DNA of 62,636 nt, filler included, from Collodictyon triciliatum (Eukaryota), in NCBI GenBank assembly GCA_043381765.1. It is 5 parts of 5 records of this genome, joined end to end, with 100 filler letters (N's around TTAATTAATTAA, not from the genome) between each part and the next. Parts side by side here need not be neighbours in the genome. Positions count along the whole stretch, not along the records: positions 51,831 to 59,526 come from JBHJMP010001477.1; positions 59,627 to 62,636 come from JBHJMP010001546.1; 3 more parts are not named here. One strand, 5' to 3'. This document shows, one piece after another, positions 55,002-62,636 of the stretch (the first letter of the stretch is position 1; each line of letters starts with the position of its first letter). A model generated the notes under the pieces. The model was not told the origin of the DNA. It made no database searches and saw only the letters and a program-made list of their open reading frames with translations. The translations under genes and the position numbers were made by a program.

Positions 55002-56905
55002 TAATGATTTTTTTTTATCCTTTTGACAGACTGCTTGTGAAACCATTGAAAACAACAGAAATTTTTCATGATAAATCTGTATTTTTTTATATCCCCAAAC
55101 ATATGAGTCCTTTGATACAGGGATGGTATGAATTTGGTTGGCTTTAATGGTTCCTTCAGTTTATTTTCATCCAATTTCAATAATTGTAGACTGCTGTAGC
55201 CACTGCACAACCAAATCGCTTTCATGCTGAATAACTTAATATTGATGTATATAATAATTATATTCATGATTGTGCCTACGTTGACGAGAAAGATAATCAT
55301 TCGTTTAAACCATCCAGGAGCCAGTTGGAGGCCTTTGAATGTCCAATATGACCGAAAGTAGACGAAGTTGTTTGCTTATCATGTTGTGTGGCTCACGGTT
55401 TATTACGTAACCTTAAATGAAAGATTATATTAAACAAATGCTTTTATTTGACCTCATTTTCTTAACACGATGGAAATGCATGATTCTTAAATTTATCAAC
55501 TATTTATGTTCCAACGCGAATGTGTCTAATATCAGAATAGCTCAATACATCACATTTTTAATTGTTTATTTTGAATCTATTTAATCGTAAACTGTTTTAT
55601 ACAAAAAGAGGTTTTTATAAATCACTCCATAAGAATATCGAGATTTGTCATTCATTTTATCTTGATTTTGCAACAAGAAGCTTGTTTAATGATGAATTAG
55701 AAGTAACGTATGAATGAACAATGATAGTCATACTTCGGTTTGTAAGAACGAAACAGCTGATGAGAGAAAATGACAACTTAATATCAATGCATCAGTTCAC
55801 CAGCCGACGGTGATAAATGATCATGTTTTGAATCATTTCCATCTGAAACAACGACATGTATATAAATAAATCATCTTTGTGTACCATGTTTCGCTAAGTT
55901 TATCTCCTGCTCTGAATCCTGCGAAGGTCATGGTAAAGGGACATGCGACAAAACAACCAAGGGAAAGGGAACTGTCCGATCTGCTGCTACTACCGAGGGG
56001 GGAGCGGTGGTAGGATGGACGGCTCCTAGTTTTTCCGGTGTTATGGAGAGATGGTCTAGGGAACGATTCGTGGGGTGTGGGGATGAGTTGTCGTGTGAGA
56101 AATAGTAAGTCTCTTTGTTGTCCATAAATTTCATAAAAATAATAATAATAAAAAAAATAATTTCAACATATTTGATGTGTTAAAATTGAACATGACTGAG
56201 CAGGTATGCAATCACAAAACAATATTATATATTTGTATGTTGTGTTGCATTCATGTAGTATTTTACGATTTCTATTTTATTCAATTAATGAATATGTCAA
56301 TGAAGTTAAAAATTACATGTGTTTCTTCAGTGCAATTATATTTTACTTAACAAACCAATCAAAACTTAATAAAGCACCAGCGATGCCCATGCCTGCAGAC
56401 TTCAGAACTTATCTTTTCTAATTTATTAAAAACATTATGTGAATGATGAATTTTAATTTTGCCATCATTCTAATTTGCCAGCTGTGTCTATTTATTATGA
56501 AACTGAAAGGAGTCCTTGCCGAGCTGATGGCCACGTTTACCACAAAAGGAGTATCTTATTCTGTGTATATTCCATTACTATAATATCCTTTATACTCAAG
56601 AACAACTATCTGCTCGGAAATATCCTTGCCTCAGTTCGCTGCCTGTGATGCCACCACACCTCCCCCAACTCGGCTGGGAACGCACACTTGACAACAGCTC
56701 ATCCTCGCCTACATAAATCGTTGCCTCGCTCTGGCTGCCTTTTTGTTGGTGTGTGGTAAGGAGCGTGAAGTGTTTTATCCGAATAAATATGTGCATGTAT
56801 GTGGTGTTCGCTGAAGCTCATTTATTTATTCTTTTTCTTTTTTCTTTTCTTGTCATATCTTTTTATTCTACATATACCTAGAATAAAAAGATGTCATCCT
56901 GGTGT

Positions 56906-56963
56906 AGATTTAACAAATCCTCTTTGAATCGAATAAAGGGAAAAAAAAAGATTTGACAAATCC
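56906..56963 (+). mobile_element. 28-bp retro-insertion of the same family with an A-tail and a 15-bp TSD
   Basis: AGATTTAACAAATCC (56906-56920) and AGATTTGACAAATCC (56949-56963) flank TCTTTGAATCGAATAAAGGG plus A8. Confidence 0.78.
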
Positions 56964-58893
56964 AAAATCACCCCTTCCTCCCCAGGTAAGTACAGAAAAG
57001 GAAATAGAAATGAAAATATCAGTATAGAATCTATATATGGATACCCTCAAAGCACCTTACTATAATTTCTTAATCTGGAATAACCAAGATCGGTTTTCTG
57101 ACTATTCGTACTCTTTCAAATCATAAACCCTTTCGACTTGTTGACGTTTTGTCGTGGCAGCTGTCCTTCGCCCAGCCATTCATCACCCACTCTCCCCCTC
57201 ATTGATTTCGTTTTATTCAATGACACTCAACACTGGCTGCTAATCGACTTGTTTGTGGATTTATAGGTATTCTTGACAACCACGAGGCATATTTTCAGCC
57301 GATCACCAGTCGATGCTTTCACACGCTCGATCCAAGGTTCATTCCCCCGTCTTATTCCCACAATCAACCGAGAACTTAATAAGAGTATCTTTGATAGAAA
57401 AGTAGTGAAGGTTTTCTGAATCAATATTAATTATTTCTCTTTTTATTTTCTTACGAAGATCCACATACACTTTGACAATCTTGCATGCCATAACTATTTT
57501 TTTTTTATTTTCTCTTTTTCTTTCATTTTTTTACTTGGACGGAATAACGACATGGAGATTGAAAGCGCCGACTGGAAGCAAACACACGACCAAGCACAAG
57601 AATAAAGCCCTCCGCTCGACCAAAGCTTCCCAGTCACAGTTATTCGCTGATCAATGAGCGCCCGGAAGCAGAACCTGTACGACCCAGCTGCCACGTCCAC
57701 CTTCGAGGTAAACACAAATGCCCAGAACTACCACGCCCATATACAGTCAAGGAAAGAATGAGCCCAAGTCCTGAAAGATCTTGAGTGCCGCAATGAGAAG
57801 ACTATCAACCAGCTATTCGATCAACTTCAAAAATGCACAGCAGACTATTCCAAAAGAAAAAATCGCAGAGACGAGAGTTAAATAATGCTTAAACATTCTT
57901 ATTCGCCCATACCTAGAGAGAACAGCTTTTTGCTACCCATTATCTGGGGCATTCCTCCTGGCTTCATTAAGGGTGACATTGAAGGTCCGTAAAAAAACAA
58001 CAAACAATATTTTCATCTTCCATAGTATGCTTCAAAGGTTAAAACGTGCTTTGATCAATGAAGCGCTGAACAAGAACCCCACATCAAAACTACCCTAATT
58101 AAAAAAAAAAAAGAATTAGCTTCTATGCCACGTTCTCTCTTATCCATAATTCGTGCCAGAACTCAAGGAAAAAGCCAAAAGAAAAATCATGGTAAACACC
58201 ACCGCAAATACTAACAGACCGAGCAGTCAAGTATAGAAAGAGAGTAATAAAATTTTAAAAAATATAATTCCTAACGAGAACATTTTTTTACTAACGATTT
58301 GTATGCATACGTAAGGCACATATGGAAAACATGCAGATGTTTAATGGGAGGAAAACATCTTAAGCCTGGTAAACTTAACGGGTGATGGTTCGGTGTGTTT
58401 ATTTTCAATCTAACGTAAAATCTTCACGATGAAAACCTCATGGTATGATTAGCGGAGAGTTTTACACGACTTTCGATATTACAATTTATTTATTTCGCAT
58501 TCTGTAGCAACATACTAATGATTACGTATAGTTTGAGACATTTGCACAATTTTGAATAGATTTAAGGGATTGTATAAATATCGACCAGGAAGAATATCGA
58601 TTCAGCGCGCAGAGATTTGCAGACATCACATTTCTTATATTTACGAAACATTTTAACATTAACTGAATGTTTATGGCTTGTGATGCATAAGCAACCCATA
58701 TCAATATTATTTATAAATCAAGAAGCAATTGAGAAAAATAAATGTAATTCGTCTCATGTATTGATATAATTTTATTCACGAATGATTTATTTCATAATAA
58801 ATAAAAATGAAAATATTCAGAGGTGATGATATCGAGCTTTGAGCAGTAGTACAATATAACCTTGCTAGCCTATTGAAACTATCCAAAAAGCAT

Positions 58894-58997
58894 TCAATAT
58901 GAATCAATATGAATCAATATGAATCAATATGAATCAATATGAATCAATATGAATCAATATGAATCAATATGAATCAATATGAATCAATATGAATCAA
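58894..58997. repeat. (GAATCAATAT)n 10-bp minisatellite upstream of the CH-domain gene
   Basis: About 10 perfect units. Confidence 0.95.
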
Positions 58998-59132
58998 ACA
59001 ACAGTCATTCATGAAAAACGAATAGCTTAATTTGTATTAGACTTGTTTGATAGTTCTCAAATATTATAACCGATGTAAACGATGTTTTTTTTATTCATCC
59101 AACGCAAATAAATGAATAGGAAGATTCAAAAC

Positions 59133-59417
59133 ATGTCTGCAACCGAAACAAGCACCGAGGCCAACGTCAGCCTTGTCACCATTGACGAAGTATGTCACAA
59201 ATACATACATTTTCGTCAATAAACATTTCATATATTAGGGAGGGTTGGTTACTTACGCCAATAACTGAGCACAGGCTGTCCTCGAATGGGTGAACCATCA
59301 CCTGGCAAAAATCGAGCTCAAGGCGAAGAACATAAGCGATGACTTTATGGACGGGTTCTTTTTGGCCATGCTGATTGAGGCGATCACCGAAAATTCCTTG
59401 GGAAGCTACCATTCCCG
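59133..59417 (+). CDS. Calponin-homology (CH) domain protein, first two exons (truncated by the contig end)
   Basis: MSATETSTEANVSLVTIDE | AVLEWVNHHLAKIELKAKNISDDFMDGFFLAMLIEAIT matches the CH motif W.N..L....L..DF.DG..L..LIE. Confidence 0.8.
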
Positions 59418-59526
59418 CTTGTTTGCGTATGATTTATTTATGATGTTCAATTTTCTTGATTTTTTTTTTTTACGGACTGGTATTTCATCCCTTTTTTTTT
59501 TTTTTTTTTTTGGTGCCCAAGTTTTT

Positions 59527-59625
59527 NNNNNNNNNNNNNNNNNNNNNNNNNNNNNNNNNNNNNNNNNNNNTTAATTAATTAANNNNNNNNNNNNNNNNNN
59601 NNNNNNNNNNNNNNNNNNNNNNNNN
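59527..59625. other. Artificial contig linker
   Basis: N run, TTAATTAATTAA, N run. Confidence 0.97.
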
Positions 59626-59769
59626 NTTTTTTTTTTTTTTTTTTTTTTTTTTTGTTGGGTGGGGGGGGGGGGGGGGGGGGGGGGGGTTTGCTTTTTTAGG
59701 CTTAAAAACTGTTTAATACGTTGTGCGTGTTCATCACTTATACTCCAAAAGGAACTTATCAGATATAAG

Positions 59770-62459
59770 TACACATCAAATACGACTGAGAGCTCTCTTG
59801 AAGGCCTCAGTGCTTCTGGTATTTCAGGATAAGGTATAGGCTCAACCGCACTTGATGGATAAACCTTAAGAAATTTGCCTCTGATTTCCTCTGCTGTCCG
59901 TGTTGGATGTTGAGCTAATTATGGTTGTGTCATACTGTTTGAATAGCCATTCCTCAGCTTACAATTGGCAAACATAAACAAAACTTTACATCAAGCGTAT
60001 TTCAGTAATTAGATATCGGCAACGTGTTGCCAAAACAAATTCATGTTTGGTACTTGTACCAGCTCAAAAAAAATTACATTCACTTAGCACGGGTTTGGGT
60101 GAGGTTGAGGGACTCTGGAAATCGTGGGACAACCACAACAACATGTCGATAAATTTGTCAAACCCTCCTATGGACTTAAACCGCTCTATACTTTCCTTCG
60201 AGGACCTGAAGAGAATGTTATTTGTAGAAGAATATAGGTAAGAAGTTTGTCACAAAGGATGACCAATTTTTTTATGGAAGAATATGTCAAACTGTTGCTA
60301 ATTTTAAATTTTATAACATATATATCAATGGAGTGGAAAGATATTCTCACAGCAGTATGCAAAGGTATTGCAATGTGATAAGCTGCAAATCATATTGAAT
60401 TTGCAAAAGTTGCGACTCTCTGATTTTCGAATTTAAGGTATTAATTAGTAACATATAACTGTTCGAATATATGTCAGGTAAATCAGCTGGGGGTGGGGGA
60501 TTTGGTTGGGGTGAATCATTAAGGAATTTGAAATATATGTAAGCATACTTTCGGAATGAAGGATGAGGCCATCCTAGGATGTCTTGAAAAAGCTCTAGAT
60601 ATTTTGACTGATATGATAGCATATGGTGAACCTCCCTGTTGTCGACTATTTTAGTATAAAAAAGTATTGTCTTTTTCGAACAGTGAAATGTGGGGATATG
60701 CTGGCACCGACAATCCAGTTTTCCAAGGTCATCTGCCAAACATACAGCAATAACAACAGAGAAAGATGAGCACATATCTAAATATTATTACTTCAATCCA
60801 GTTGTGTATGATCCTATTAATGCGACTATCAGTATCTGAATTTGCGTTGTATTCTGAGTGATTGGAAAGAATCCGTTCGTCTGGTCTGATGGCTTTCTCA
60901 GATAATTGAGATGGTCTGTTGTTTTACCAAATTAGTTAATTGGTGATGTTGATTCATCTTAGTGATTTAGATGTTGTTGAAAGGTTCATGGATTTGATAT
61001 ACAAATAATGCACGCACGCTCACAAAAAAAAATAATTGTTTCCTTTATTCGATTCAATGTGCAGCGAGGTTATGCCCTCACAAAAAAAAAATAATAAAGA
61101 TAAAAAAATAGAAAGTCAAAAATAAAAAGTCAAGTATACCGATAAATGATAATCACCTAGTAAGCTTTCAATGAATAGATTTCCAGAGTAACGTTCTGAT
61201 TTCGATTCCGGGACAAGTCCCCAATCATTATCATAAGAAGAAGGGTCAAATTTATGGAAGAAAACGGGCTCGTTCTAATAAAACGTAGTAATGGGGGAAG
61301 CCCCTTTCAGTTATTTTTTGGAATCACGGCAGTATTTCGAAAGTAAATTTTAGAAAGAAGTCCTTACATATAATGCAGAAAGTAGATAAAATTTTCTCCA
61401 TCCATGAAGGTTCGGTGTAAGATTTGATATTGCCAAGACAGATAGATTTGCCATTGCGTTGACGCATTGAATAAGATATGGTGATGGTGATATGGTGGAT
61501 TTTGATAACGATAGGGTTTTGATGCATTTGATCGCCTTTTGAAGACAAAGAGGATATGCAAAGAGAAAAGAATGCCAAATTAAAAAAATTGCATTCTTAT
61601 TTAAGTCTTTTGTTGCCTATCATATAATAAATTTGGTTCTTTTTGTTTGATTCAAGTTTGCATAATAATAAAATTTGTCCAAATGACAGGATTGCTATTT
61701 GTTGGTTCGTTTTTAGATAAAATAAAAGGCAAAGAAATTTTGTCACCAAGTTATGCAAGGCCATAAGATGTTCTGACATCCGGTGGTGGCAGAGAACAAC
61801 CTTATTATCATGCTTCCTTGAAATTATTTCCAAAATTTGAACAGCATTTAGCATCGTTTTCATTTGGAATATATCTTGCTGTGATATTTCTAGTAGACTC
61901 TCAGCTGACCTCGACAGAATACTTCCAGCGTCTGAACAGGGCAAAAATTGTCAGGCGTTATACAGCATTCACTCATTAATGTGAAAGAGGAGGCAGTGGC
62001 GAAAAAAAGAGACATTTATAGGTATTAGAAAAATGTCCCACATTTTTTGAATAATTCCAGGCAGAACCGCATGAGTGGGAAACAAATTTCTAATGGGTGG
62101 TATGCTACTGATTCTTGTATGGGATTGGTCTGATTGTACTCGAACTTATAGATATATATCTCAGAGAACTCTCGAAATGCGGTCAGTTTCTGTTTGGATG
62201 AGATAGAATAATTTTTTGTTTTATTTTAGGTATTAAGATCTTAATTGTTGCAAAATAACCAAATTACAGGAGTTCCTTGTATTTCTTTTTCTTAAAAACC
62301 AAAAAATTCACGTGTTTACCTGTGGATTTGAATTGTCACATCTCGTAATGATTCATTCTATAAAAGAAAAACTGCATTTTGCTACTCACTTGTTCCCAAT
62401 CTTTAGACTCTTGGAATATCTTAAAGTATCGAAGAGGCTCCTGGAAAATGTCGGCTGGT
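59770..62459 (-). CDS. Internal exons of a large, probably alpha-helical protein; tentatively BEACH/WDFY3-LvsA-like N-terminal region
   Basis: A series of AG/GT-bounded open exons: PADIFQEPLRYFKIFQESKDWEQ; KLTAFREFSEIYIY..; LNAVQILEIISRKHDNK; ELFQDILGWP; LQLITLQYLCILL; ERFKSIGGFDKFIDMLLWL. Coding status is likely; the family call is only a resemblance. Confidence 0.45.
61019..61095 (-). mobile_element. 40-bp retro-insertion of the same family with an 18/19-bp TSD
   Basis: CTCAC(A)9-10TAAT at 61019-61036 and 61077-61095 flanks a sequence reading GGCATAACCTCGCTGCACATTGAATCGAATAAAGGAAACA on the minus strand. Confidence 0.8.
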
Positions 62460-62516
62460 CTGCAAAACAATAATTAGTTATTGATATTCAAATGTATGTA
62501 TTTTTATGTAGCTAAG

Positions 62517-62636
62517 CATACATACATACATACATACATACATACATACATACATACATACATACATACATACATACATACATACATACATACATACATA
62601 CATACATACATACATACATACATACATACATACATA
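62517..62636. repeat. (CATA)n at the window end
   Basis: Direct reading. Confidence 0.95.

Noticed and set aside
55689-55760. Second C/D snoRNA-like box pair
   Set aside because: No terminal stem or recognisable guide; expected by chance in AT-rich DNA.
58894-58997. CRISPR-like or telomeric array
   Set aside because: It is a spacerless 10-bp tandem repeat, internal, and lacks G-rich telomere character.

Overview
This is eukaryotic (protist-like, possibly amoebozoan) intron-rich genomic DNA, not a prokaryotic locus. The window is five unrelated contigs joined by artificial N-TTAATTAATTAA-N linkers (about 18.04, 36.1, 51.7 and 59.5 kb), so gene order across linkers is meaningless. Contig 1 is filled by one giant minus-strand RNF213/mysterin-like AAA+ ATPase/E3 gene. 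It has no visible RING, and its RZ finger has rearranged zinc ligands but retains the catalytic Cys/His positions. Contig 2 holds a leishmanolysin (M8) gene (5' part), a bZIP/AT-hook transcription factor, NDUFAF1/CIA30 (8 small exons, invisible to the ORF track), pyruvate dehydrogenase E2, and two tandem formate/nitrite transporter paralogs, one with a 2-nt frameshift in a (TA)4 run. Contig 3 holds an LRRC45-like gene (5' part), an SRSF4/5/6-type SR protein, Ecdysoneless/SGT1, Tom40 and a macroH2A-like macrodomain gene (3' part). Contig 4 is a gene-poor stretch with decayed transposon-like remnants and the start of a CH-domain gene. Contig 5 is an internal part of a large unidentified multi-exon gene. 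The most unexpected signal is a dispersed family of 28-44 bp insertions ending in TTGAATCGAATAAAGG. Three of its copies have 15-19 bp target-site duplications, consistent with extremely 5'-truncated non-LTR retrotransposition. All exon calls were made by hand from GT-AG sites and protein motif recall; no database search was run.
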